From Octopus bimaculoides (lineage: Eukaryota), in NCBI RefSeq assembly GCF_001194135.2, contig NC_068982.1:106294530-106337266 (forward strand): 42,737 nucleotides of DNA, in the 5' to 3' direction. Shown piece after piece: positions 1-11,954 of the stretch (its first letter is position 1; each line of letters starts with the position of its first letter). The notes beneath the pieces were generated by a model. That model did no database searches. It saw nothing but the letters and a program-made list of their open reading frames with translations, and was not told where the DNA came from. The translations under genes were made by a program, and so were the position numbers.

Positions 1-44
<44 letters not shown>

Positions 45-180
45 GCATAAATACAAACACACACATACGCATGCACATGCATATGTACATGTGTTGATAT
101 ATCTATTCATACATTCATGTATGCATTAAAATAGACAAACAGATAGACAGACAGATAGATAGATAGATAGATAGATAGAT
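1..180. repeat. (AT)n at 1-43 and (AGAT)n at ~142-180
   Basis: Direct reading of simple repeats; ends at a 10-N gap (181-190). Confidence 0.95.
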
Positions 181-190
181 NNNNNNNNNN

Positions 191-501
191 ACAACAACAA
201 CAACAACAACAACAACAAGAACATGGAACCGTGGTGCCGTGTAGGTAGGGTTCGGGAGATCAAACCGTTCCAATACATGAAGCTTCACTTCCATGAGCTC
301 ATTGTATCGCTGTAAGTGGCAACAAGAATTCTACTGGAGCTGTAGGATGTGATTAGAAATAAGAAAGGCGATAGAGGAATGAGACTGACGTTGTGAGCGG
401 TGAATATATTGTAACTGTGCTGCTCGTTGTAAGCTGCTGGGATTGTGAAAGGCTTTTGCATAGATGAAATCTGTACTGGTGAGTAATTAGAAATACCGGG
501 G

Positions 502-593
<92 letters not shown>

Positions 594-927
594 TGTGTGT
601 CTGTGTGTCTGTGTGTGCGTGTATGTGTGTGTGTATGTATTTGTGTGTAATTTGGGTGTCGCTGTGCGCATGTCCATTTTCAAGATTCAATGGAAAGTCA
701 CACGCACTATGTATGTATGTATGTATGTATGTATGTATGTATGTATGTATGTATGTATGCATTTACGTATGGGTGGATGAATGCATGGAGGGATGCGTGT
801 GTGCATATGGGTGATTGTATCTATATATGTATTTATGTGTGTATGCATGTATATCACTTGTGTAATAATATTGAATTTTCTACGTCTATTTTTATGTACC
901 TTGATTACTCATAGTTTATCACACATA

Positions 928-970
<43 letters not shown>
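191..970. other. Small contig between two 10-N gaps, rich in (AAC)n, (GT)n, (ATGT)n and (AT)n
   Basis: Bounded by N181-190 and N971-980; sequence 104-180 recurs identically at 981-1057. Confidence 0.75.
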
Positions 971-1029
971 NNNNNNNNNNTATTCATACATTCATGTATG
1001 CATTAAAATAGACAAACAGATAGACAGAC

Positions 1030-1091
<62 letters not shown>

Positions 1092-1640
1092 GTTTACTGT
1101 ATTCACACACTGTGATGTATATCGTCGATTTATAGGCATGTTTAAGCGTATGAACAGGATTAAGAGTGAATGTTTAACAAAGTGTTAAATATTTGTGAGA
1201 TAATAACAACTTCAATAACATCTGTAATGTGACGTTAGCAGACATCAACTCTAACCCAGGTTGACATGTTTGTAGACCTCTACAGATGCATACAGGTGCC
1301 ATTCTGAATGTTAATTGGTCATAATTAATTCTATTCTCATATCTTTACATGTTCAATAAACTTAGCATCTGAACTTCGTTTAAAGGAATTCAAGCAACTT
1401 ATGCCTTCGGTAGTCGAACAATACAGACAAAGAAATCTTCGTGTAACAGACACTTGTAAGAGGCAATTGAAAGCATCAGCATTCTAAAATAATGCATAAC
1501 ACATTATGTGGGGAATGTCAGATATGGAAGTGCAATGAATTTTAAATGCCTTATGATATTTTATTTTATTTCACTGTATTTTATGTTCGAAGTACAAACG
1601 CATCACATCTTGCTTGAAATTCGTTTATTATTGATAAAAA

Positions 1641-1787
1641 TAGTAGCTTCTGCTACAGGCACACGCCTGAAATTTTAGTGGGAGAGGACAAGTCGAATGC
1701 ATTGCCTCCAGTGCTCAACTGGTACTTATTTCATCGACTCCAAAAGGGTGAAAAGCTAAGTCAACCTTGGCGGATTTTGAACTCAGA
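1641..1787 (-). mobile_element. tRNA-derived SINE, family A (working name), 5'-truncated
   Basis: Reverse complement matches the copies at 2492 and 17258 (AACTGGTACTTATTTCATCGAC...TTTGAACTCAGA). Confidence 0.8.
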
Positions 1788-2243
1788 CGGCTGAATGAAC
1801 ATCAATATATTGAAGCTGATTTCCTTGACTCAGCCCCTATCAACCTCATGTCCATTCTTAATGTATCAAGGCATAATTCTTTGGAAAGAAACTGGCGTCG
1901 ATAGAACCACTACAGAGGTGACAAAGTTTAGGTTGTTAAATGGGACATTATTCGATTAAATAACAGGTATTCTAAGCTTGATTTTGTTTCTGCAAAGCAC
2001 CAATATTCCGCTTGCAGGAGGCAATCGTTGCTGCCGTTTATACTGAAAGATATGTCTTAGTTGCCATAGATTTAACAGAAGACTATGAAATTCCAGATTA
2101 GCTTCCTCTACCTCCATTAATTTTGTACCAAATCAAGAATAAGCAATAAATGCAATACAAAACTATTTATAGACGACTACCAGTCTATCTATCTATGTAT
2201 TTATGCATCTACACATAGACACACATAAACACGCACGCACGCG

Positions 2244-2287
<44 letters not shown>

Positions 2288-2491
2288 TGATGATTGTTTT
2301 ACCTTTTCAGATGACAGCCGTCTCACTTTCACCTTGATTGTTCTGATTTACTTTCATCTTTACATGTGCGTGGATATCCATCGTTATAGGATTTTATAAA
2401 ATGCAAAATGGATCAAGAAATGAAATGATAGTGAGACATCTAAACGTTATTGGATATAAGATCATATACTACCAATATCTCAAACATAAAC

Positions 2492-2710
2492 AGGTGGCGA
2501 GCTGGCAGAATCGTTAGCACGCCGGACAAAATGCTTAGCGGCATTTTGTCTGTCTCTACGTTCTGAGTTCAAAATCCGTCGAGATAGGCTTTACCTTTCA
2601 TCCTTTGGAAGTCGATAAAATAAGTACCTGTTGAGTACTGGAGTTGAAGTAATCGACTTACACCCTCTCCCAAAATTGCTGGCCTTGTGCCAAAATTTGG
2701 AACCACTATT
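2492..2710 (+). mobile_element. SINE family A, full length
   Basis: A-box-like TGGCAGAATCG, B-box-like GAGTTCAAAATCC, shared body, tail CCAAAATTTGGAAACCACTATT. Probable TSD CAAACATAAAC (2481-2491) / CAAACACAAAC (2712-2722). Confidence 0.9.
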
Positions 2711-2941
2711 ACAAACACAAACACGCCATACGCACAAAAGAGGAGTTATCTGCGATGCTCCCTTAACACAACATACAGAACGTTACAAAACAAGACATAA
2801 ATACTCAAGAAGCACTCATAAGCTGCAATACACAACCAATTCAAGTAATGTATTAAATTTATCATGGATTATAGAAATTTCGTTTTAGCCTTAAATTTCT
2901 CCACAATAAATCAAGACAAAGGAATACGAACATAATAGCTT

Positions 2942-3305
2942 TTATTTTTACTTATTTCAATCATTGGCCTGTGGCCTTGTTGGGGCACTGATTTGAAGGG
3001 TTTTATTGAAAAAAATCGACCCCACCACTGATGTTTTTATTTTTTTTCAAGTACTTATTCTATCGGTACGTTTTGCCAAACCAACAGTTTGTGAAGGCGT
3101 AAAGCCTACATTGGGTGTCAAGCGGTGAGTGGGGGGACAAACACAGGCACGCGCGCGCACGCGTACACACACACACACACACACGAACACACACATGCAG
3201 ATGCACGTATATTGGACGGGTTTCCGCAGTTTCCGTTAACCATGTTCGGTCACAAGACGTTGGTCAGCCCTGACCTGTAGTAGAAAATACTTGCCCAAGT
3301 GCTGC
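2942..3305 (-). mobile_element. SINE family B (internal microsatellite), 5'-truncated
   Basis: Reverse complement aligns with the full copy at 22974-23405, including the internal (CA)n/(TG)n tract and the GAAATAAGTAAAA-like tail. Confidence 0.8.
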
Positions 3306-4024
3306 TAAATCTGTTCATCTCGCCTTGTCGTTTAGCTAACCGAGCTGCTCCACCAGGATTTACTAGCAGAGCAGAAACAGGAATAGCAGTAGCAAAATCA
3401 CAACAACAACAATAGCGAGAAAGACATATAATTAAAGAGGGAAGTCCAATATCTGATCCTGAAAGCATGGGTTAATATCTGAGGAAAATACATCTTGCAA
3501 ATAAAGTAAGGTCTTACATATTTAATGTAACGAACAGAAAAATTTTAATTAACTGAGATTATCCATACAATTAGTAGACAAAAACTCCTCCTAGACTGTC
3601 TAAAATCTAAAATGACAACAAAACTGAGTTAATTGAAGCTTTTCTCCCCATTATATTAAATATATGAGACATTACTGAACGTATACAATAATTGGTCCAC
3701 TCAGTCATTACGCGCCGACCGTACATTTATATTCGCTTAAGTGTTGTTTTGATAGTATTTAGTATTTCCAAGAAGAGAAACAAAACAAAACAAAAACAAA
3801 GGATTCGTTTAGTTTTTAATTACAAGACTATCATTATTGTTTTACGCAAGTTGATTAGATTTACACACGAAAGATTTTATTGTGGTTACAATCGTTTGAA
3901 AGCCACAAATGAATAATTACATGTATAAGGTCAGCTTCTTTCTCATCTAAAAAACAGAAAGTCTCATTAACTATCCACCTAAGCATTATTGACACTAAGA
4001 ATCAAAGAAGGAACTTCTAAGGGG

Positions 4025-4143
4025 CTTCTATTGGTCACTCGACCTACTAGAAATAGCAGCCCATTCCATTTCAGCTGACGGCTTGAATACCTCGAACCTT
4101 AGGTCAACTCAGTTAGGGTTCACTAGGGACTATAAGCAACAAC
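4025..4143 (+). mobile_element. Old dispersed repeat, family D remnant
   Basis: GGTCACTCGACCTACTAGAAATAGCAGCC head and (AAC)-like end shared with remnants at 22865, 26500 and 30160. Confidence 0.45.
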
Positions 4144-4609
4144 TTAGACGCTTTAAAAAGAAATCTTCTGTAATGAGTAAGACTACAGTTTTAAACACGC
4201 TTTGGGGGTATAGACAGATATAAATACAGCTTTCTATTCTCTTTACGTACTCTTTATGTAATGTGCCCGAAAGATATTATCAAGTTGCATTTACATTTCT
4301 TTGCATTACATAGCGTAAGTAACGGAAACTGCAGTCTGAGATGTATTTCTGCCTTGAGAAATTCTTAAAGATTTTGGTTCGAGCCTAGTTCCATTTTTCT
4401 CTTGTATTTCATTATATCTTCTTTCAGCTATTTTTATTCCTTTTACCTCCACTTACATTCCTTCATTATTCTCTCTCATACTTTATTTCTTCTCTTCCTC
4501 CGCCTCTCTCTGCATAATTGTATATTTTTCTCACTTTTTCTCAACCGAGCTGTATCACTACCTCTTTTCTTAATTTCCCAGCGTCTACCCCGTCTTACAC
4601 TTTGAAACT

Positions 4610-4667
4610 TTCTATCTCTCTCTCTTTCTCACTCATTCTCTCTCTCTCTCACTCACACACTCACTCA

Positions 4668-4759
<92 letters not shown>

Positions 4760-4760
4760 A
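4610..4760. repeat. (CT)n microsatellite within a ~700 bp pyrimidine-rich tract (about 4400-5107)
   Basis: Direct reading. Confidence 0.95.
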
Positions 4761-5624
4761 TATGGTTGTCTCTCTGTCTATCCTTCTATCTTTGTCATTC
4801 TCTATATCATTGTCTCATTGACTCTCCATATCTATGTTATTTTATCACATTACCGCTCTAATTCCCTCTTTTCTTTTCTGCTTCTCTCTTATTCTTGCTA
4901 TTGATACCTTTCGCACTGTTTTTTTCCGTCATACCATTTATTTCATCGTCTGCTTGAATGATTGTCACACAAACTGATGACTGTTGGTTTCCTCTTTCTC
5001 TCCTCCCTCTCTCTCTTTTATTCTCCCCCACTTTGTCAATCTCTCGCCTGTCTGTTTATCTATTTAATTTACCTCACTTTGTAATATAATATTTATCTTT
5101 CTTTCAGGTGAGTTATTGTTTCTTTTTCCTTCTTCCTAGCTCTATGAAATAAGTATCATCAGTAACACATCGATACTGTCTACAGCCTTGCTTATCGGAA
5201 TTTCCGTTTTTACCTAATCGACAGAAATTATTACTGTATCTCCTGCTCAACTCCGTAGAAAAGAAACAAACACTTTTTGAGCCGCTTTCAATTTGAACAA
5301 AGATATTTCACTTTTTCAATACCATCGATACTTTTGAATTAGGCGTCACTACATTATGTTTCTTGTGCTCTTTAAACAATACATTATAATTGATTTTGAA
5401 ATAATAAATTATCAGGTCATCTCTTATTGACAAGTTCTGTAAAACAAACAGCAATCGGTAGGCGAGTTTATAATTGAAACCATCCTCATTCTCAATTAAT
5501 ATGTAGGCTTTTACCTGACTAAGTTTTCATTACTATTTCAGTGAAGTGTCACAGATAACAGGGTGCCAGCCTAGATGTTGAATGGTATCTATTCAAAAAT
5601 CCAAGTACTAATTTTTTACCTCTT

Positions 5625-5785
5625 ACTCGTCGACTATATCTCCACAGTTCCCATTTAAGCAAATTCCACTCACAAGGTACTGGTCAATCTGAGGCTACGG
5701 TAAATGATACCTGTCCAAGGTGTCACATTATATAATCTTATCTGGAATCATCCGGTCGTTAAATATATCATAACCACACACATAA
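5625..5785 (-). mobile_element. SINE family B, decayed 5' part
   Basis: TTCCACTCACAAGGTACTGGTCAATCTGAGGCTA...CCAAGGTGTCAC is the reverse complement of the family B core. Confidence 0.55.
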
Positions 5786-6744
5786 TAGAATCGATTAATT
5801 GATTGGATAATTAGCTATATTGATTACAATAGACTTTTTGGTTTGACCAACACACGTCAAACGTAATTTCATTTATAGTAAAACAGAAAAAAGCAAATTA
5901 GAAACTTCATAGCAACTAAAGTTCTTAAACACTGATCTTGGAGCTTTGAATACTTTGAAATTCGTCCAATCCTTTATTGCACCAGAGACGATGATATAAC
6001 TAGCAATAAGATAGTTACATCGATTATATGTATTCCTCTTAAGAATCTCAACAAAAAATTCCAATGTTTTGATAAGTAATCTCTGATTATATGCAAAACT
6101 TGTTTTCAGTGGACCAAGTCTTCAACTTATTTCTATTAACAGTTGTAATCTTTTACTTAGGTTACTAATATCCTTGGGAAATACATAAGCTTCACATATT
6201 CCCAGATTCGTTCTACGCTAATATCTGATTCTACATGGGGTTTTATCTTTCGAGACGAACGAACACCACAATTGCCTTTTCACATCTATAAATGTGAGAA
6301 GTTATTTCGAAATTAATATAGCAACCCAGTGCAGCATACCAGTTACTGAAATGTGTCACCAAGCAAATTTCAGTTTTGTATCTCTGATTTCAAATCTTGT
6401 ATGGTCACAAATAAATTTTCTTTTACATTGATTATTTTTATCATAACGCTACCCTTTTGAAAAAAAATCTAACCTATCAAATTAATCTAGTGTTGTACGT
6501 AATCTAACCGTTATTTGAGATTATTTTCTAATCTTTCCACTTTGACAGCGTTTTAGATATACAAGTTTGCAAGTTTATAATTCTTCTTTAAGCTGTTTCT
6601 ATGGTGCTTTCTTGTATTTTGGTACAAAGATTGGAATATCGAATGTGCAAATCAGAAAAAAAAAATGATCATTTTTACAAAATTTGCCAATGTAATTTGC
6701 ATATGTCAATACATAGGTATTTTTTTCAGCTGCAGAATAAATTG

Positions 6745-6761
6745 ATAGATAGATAGATAGT

Positions 6762-6842
<81 letters not shown>
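6745..6842. repeat. (AGAT)n microsatellite
   Basis: Direct reading. Confidence 0.95.
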
Positions 6843-6844
<2 letters not shown>

Positions 6845-8586
6845 GAATAAATAAAAAAGTAAATTACTTGTTCTGCTACAAAACAACAGTTTTAAGCGGA
6901 CCAGATTGATGAACGAATAGCGGAATGCGACGGCAGCGAAAGATTTGTAATTAACTTGATATATTTTTTCTACTCAGCTTTGTTTCCATTTATCAGCAAC
7001 CGATAAACGAAGACCAGAAAGAAAGAATCATTGACAGAAAGAAAGAGAAAGAGAAGGTTGTAAGAAATATGTTGTAATAAAGAGAAAGAGGTATTGTAGA
7101 ATACAGAATGAAGTTTTGGTCAGTCGATGCTATGACGGATGGGCTTGAACTTATTACTAAAAACTGTCACTGATTACACCAGTTCGCAGAGATGTTGCTT
7201 CCTCTTGCGGAGTTTGACGCGCGTGTTTTCCTAATAAATTTCCATTCAGAGCAACCGATAAAAGTTTTTTTTCGAAGAAAGATAAGATGCATGGTTAAAA
7301 CACAGCTGTCCAGAATGAAAGAAATATCTTCTGTAAACGATAAAAGAACAAAATAAATAAATAATTAAATAAATATATAAATAAATAAATAACATCTATT
7401 TTGTGGTGTCAATCAAAATGGTTCTTCCATTTTACTGTGATTTATTTTATTACAAATTTAATGTTACTTGGAATTTCAAATACCCTATCAAGTATTGTTT
7501 TTAATATCATTTAAATACCTTGGGTTTTACGATGAGATTGATTATTCCTAAATAAAACGTAACTTTAATTTATCTTTTGCTTGTAAAGTTTTCCTATATA
7601 TTACGCCTTTATTTTCTTTTGTTTTAAACAACGCTTAGATAGCAGAGTCTTGGTTAGCCGTGTCAATAAAGCATAAAACTACGATTGATAGGTCAACGTC
7701 CGAATCCAAGGACACTAGTGAAAGTTAACAACAACTAGTTCATAGATGAGTTTGCTAAGTTCAGTTGCCACAAAGAGTGGAGAATACAATTTTTGAGGTT
7801 CCTTACACTTCGTGTGTGAGAAAAAGAGTGAGCAAAAGAAAGAGATACCGCTGTTGCTTAGGCATTACTTAGTTCACGCCTTTTAGCAGGGTGTCAACTA
7901 AATAACAAAAACCGGCTCCGGTATTTAATGTCAGATGAGAGACTTCAACCATATTAATCTGCCTTTTCACTGGGATTTTGTGTTAGTGAATAAGTTTTAA
8001 CTGCGAGCTGTAGTAATTTTACAAAGACTGACTGACTGAAAGAATGAAAGAAAAGAAGAAAACGGACTCATATATGGGAATGTAAGTACTTGAGTATATG
8101 ACTGTTTGCTGTACATGATATTTGTAAGTTTACGTATAGTGAAACTATCGATGCAAAATCAAATGTGTTGTTATGATAAACAATTTCTCTTCTGTAATAT
8201 GACTTCTACTTTTTGCCATAGAATGAACAGTAGTGAGTTGAGTGAGTTGAGACAAGATTTCCTAGTTTAACTGTATTCAAACAAGAACGACTTAACACCA
8301 CTTACTTGCTGATCATATGATAATTTTTGTCATTCGTGTTTCATGAAAATGCAGCTGGTGCAATGATTTGTAGATATTTGAATAGATTGTATACAAGGGA
8401 GAGTGAAACCATTCGAAATATATTATAGATTGTGTAGATCTAAAAATAAGTAGGTGGGCATGGCCGTGAACGGAAGAAAAACTTTGGTGGTTACTCCCAA
8501 TGAGTACTACAAAAGTTTCCACGAAATGAAAGCGGGTCATCGGGCGAGTTGTGGACTTCACTGCTAATCTAATTGCTAGTGGACGA

Positions 8587-9468
8587 TACGAGGGGTACCC
8601 AAAAGGAACTGGAATTTTGCAATATTATTTTGTTCACTCAGTTTTACATGTTTTCACGTTTATTGCCTTCAAAGTATTTTCCATTTGAAGCAATGCATTG
8701 GTCCAGATGTATTTTCCACTGTTGGAAGCGGTGCTGGAACTCTTGCGAAATGATGCCTTTCAACGCCTCCGTCATTTTTTTCTCACTTCTTCCATGTCTG
8801 CAAATTCCGTAGCACCAGCTTTCCTCACCAGTGGTGACCTTCGAAAAAAGGTCCGGATCAACTTCCAACTATTTTTTCAGTTCACGACACGCATTCAGTT
8901 GTGACTGCTTTTGACCTTCCATGAACAAGCGAAGCATAAAATTTGTTGCAACCCTTTTCATTCGCAATTCTCCGCTCAAAATTCGTTGGCAGGAGATCCA
9001 GGATATACCAGTCACATCAACAAGTTCGTCAATTGTTTGGTAACGGTCTGCCAAGATCAGTTCCTGATGTTTTCATTCATTCGGGAGGTTGACGGTCGTC
9101 CTGAACGAAGTTAGTCTTCAAGCGACAAGTGACTATTCCTAAAGCGTGGAAACCACTTATAAACTTGTGATTTCTTCATAGCAGCATCCTTGTAAGCTGT
9201 TTGAAGCATGACAACTGTTTCGGCCGCTGTTTTCTTCAGGAGAAAACAGAATTTCACAGAAGCACGCTGTTCTGTCGTTTTAGCCATCGCAAAAATCGAC
9301 AAACATGGGAGAAGCACTGCAAAACAAAGACGGACTTAATCCGTCGAAGCAAGCAGACAGACTGATGTCTGACGATCGCACCAAGTGGCATCTAGCGGCG
9401 GAAGCTCGAAATACAACGGGTTTGTCTCACAGAGAACGTTTCTGGTTTCTTTGTGTATCCCTAAGTTA
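8587..9468 (-). mobile_element. mariner (DD34D-type) transposon, internally deleted and inactive
   Basis: Minus-strand peptides MAKTTEQRASVKFCFLLKKTAAETVVMLQTAYKDAAM..QVYKWF.RF (ATG 9287), DRYQTIDELVDVTGISWISCQRILSGEL, VTTGEESWCYG and FQQWKIHLDQCIASNGKYFEG. Degenerate TIRs TA-CGAGGGGTACCCAAAAGGAACTGGAA (8587-8614) and TTCTGGTTTCTTTGTGTATCCCTAAGTTA (about 9440-9468). Confidence 0.92.
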
Positions 9469-9949
9469 TCTGGCTGCAGCGATCTGTTAATTGCTTTTTA
9501 CAGACACCTATTTATTTTGTTGTATTTAGTTAAACCATACGATTGAAGTGATGGGGGTTTTAATCGAGTGTTCGCTGTTGCCGCTATACTGATGGTGAAA
9601 AAATAATTAGATAGCTCAGAGTGAGCCCTACCGGTTTGCACACGAATTGCGTAGAATGAAGAAACATAGGCATCAAATCAAAAGAACTCAGGGATTAATT
9701 TTAAAATTTAACATTCATTTAAAAAAAAATCCTAGGCTTTATGGATAATTATTATCAGCTTTTATAACTTAATAATATATGTGTATGTATGTGTGTATTT
9801 GCGTGAGAGTGTGTATATGTTTATGAATGTTTGTGCGTTTGTGCGTAGACACAAACACACACATACACACACACACATATATATGCATATATATGTGTGC
9901 ATATATATGTTTATGAATATTTATGTCAACACGACATTATATATATATA

Positions 9950-10370
9950 NNNNNNNNNNNNNNNNNNNNNNNNNNNNNNNNNNNNNNNNNNNNNNNNNNN
10001 NNNNNNNNNNNNNNNNNNNNNNNNNNNNNNNNNNNNNNNNNNNNNNNNNNNNNNNNNNNNNNNNNNNNNNNNNNNNNNNNNNNNNNNNNNNNNNNNNNNN
10101 NNNNNNNNNNNNNNNNNNNNNNNNNNNNNNNNNNNNNNNNNNNNNNNNNNNNNNNNNNNNNNNNNNNNNNNNNNNNNNNNNNNNNNNNNNNNNNNNNNNN
10201 NNNNNNNNNNNNNNNNNNNNNNNNNNNNNNNNNNNNNNNNNNNNNNNNNNNNNNNNNNNNNNNNNNNNNNNNNNNNNNNNNNNNNNNNNNNNNNNNNNNN
10301 NNNNNNNNNNNNNNNNNNNNNNNNNNNNNNNNNNNNNNNNNNNNNNNNNNNNNNNNNNNNNNNNNNNNNN
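9950..10370. other. Assembly gap (N)
   Basis: N run flanked by (TA)n. Other large gaps lie at about 27248-28223, 33429-33856 and 39593-40517; small ones at about 11106-11140, 29014-29023 and 29760-29769. Confidence 0.98.
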
Positions 10371-10756
10371 TATATAAGAAAACATCCTAGCAGATATCAA
10401 GTAAGAACTCAGTATAAAGGAAGAATGTTAAACTTCCAACAAGTAAATGTATGTAGAATACAAATCCCAGGTAAATTCTCATGCCTGACAGATAAATCCA
10501 ACAAACCTTATGCAGAATTTTAAGAAATTCATAGAATTAACAACAAACAATGATATATACGAAGAAAATCATATCTTTATTTTAGATCACACCTTAAAAA
10601 TCCAACAATTGTTTTAATTGCATTAAATATGCATATATATATATATATTCATATATATTCATAACCCCCCCCACACACACACACACACACACTCACACAC
10701 ACATACACACATATACGCACACACATACACACATATACGCACACACATACACACAC

Positions 10757-11089
10757 AATATTATTAAAGTTAATAATAATATGTACGAAAATTTATGTCA
10801 ACACGACATTATCAAGGTAATCCAAACTGATGAAATTGTAGGTGGACATCTGATAAATTTTAGCTGTTAAAAAACGTTAATAAAAGAAACGCCAAACCAA
10901 AATTAACTTTGGACATGCATTCATTCACACAAGAGCGAAAGAATTTGGTCTGGCGTTTCTTTTTGTTAGCGTTTTTTAACAGTTAAGATTTTTTAGATGT
11001 TCAGTTAGAATTTCACTAATTTGGATTACCTTGACGATGTTGTGTTGACATAAATTTTCGTATATACTATTATTAATTTTAATACTATT
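10757..11089. mobile_element. Foldback/MITE-like element with ~148 bp inverted arms and a 37 bp spacer
   Basis: 10757-10904 is the reverse complement of 10942-11089 at roughly 85% identity by eye; flanked by (CA)n and (TA)n. Confidence 0.8.
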
Positions 11090-11430
11090 ATGTATATATA
11101 TATANNNNNNNNNNNNNNNNNNNNNNNNNNNNNNNNNNNNTATATATACATATGAAAACAAAATAGAATGAAACAACTACGGAAGATTTGTATTATATGG
11201 TTAAAAAAATATATTAGAATCGTCATGTTAGGAAAATGATATAAAATTTTGTGTACAGTGGTATTGTTTTGGGAGAAATAACCGGTTTCGCATTTTCTTT
11301 TCAAATATATCAAATTTCTTAACGGACGTTGTGTCATCTATTCGTTATGGTGTGATGTAGAAGAGTTCGAAACAGGGCGAGATAATCATGGAATTTTTTC
11401 GGTATAAGGGAGATAATAAAAAATGTTAGG

Positions 11431-11954
11431 AATGGTCCTCATTCATTTAAGACATCACCTGGATAATGGCGGCCTTCAGTAGAAGCAAGGGTATTTTGAG
11501 GAAGTCTATTAGTCTCCTATTCAACGACTGCAAATGTAGCAGTCCATGTTATTTAAATGCGGCACGTTTGAAGGCAAGTTCGGTGTAACATGAGCGTAAA
11601 GGTTGTTTGACATCCATTCTTGAGTTTGTGAGTGCAGGTTTTGTGAGAAGGTATTAAGTTTTGTTAAAACACGTATAGCCTTTCACTACTAACGTACTTG
11701 ATCTACCCAGGGCTAAATCACTGTCTCCAGCATCTCAACGTATCTAGCTGCATTAATTATTTACCTCAGTGGAAGTAAGTGAAGTGGCATGACATAACTT
11801 TCATTATTCATCACTCCCCAAACCATTACAATTGCTGGAAACTTATTGTGCACACTCTGGAAACATCAGAAGAATATGTATATAACCAGCTGTCATTTCT
11901 CCTGTTTAACTTTTGGTCTTGGTCGGAGTTTTTCTCATCAGACAAGAATCAAAG
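11431..11954 (-). pseudogene. Decayed maT/DD37D-like transposase catalytic domain
   Basis: Minus-strand translation across stops and frameshifts gives FLSDEKNSDQDQKLNRRNDSWL; KFPAIVMVWGVMNNESYVMP; INAARYVEMLETVI*PWVDQV; YVF*QNLIPSHK; QEWMSNNLYAHVTPNLPSNVPHLNNMDCY; LKAAIIQVMS*MNEDH. Confidence 0.85.

Noticed and set aside
221-500. GC-richer segment next to (AAC)n with a DFIYAKAF string resembling the RT motif DFSKAFD
   Set aside because: Surrounding residues do not continue an RT alignment and the frame closes quickly.
285-1011. ORFs with HT/CV/MYVC/IY/LS repeats here and throughout the window
   Set aside because: They are translations of (CA)n, (TG)n, (TACA)n, (AT)n and (CT)n microsatellites, which lack stops in several frames.
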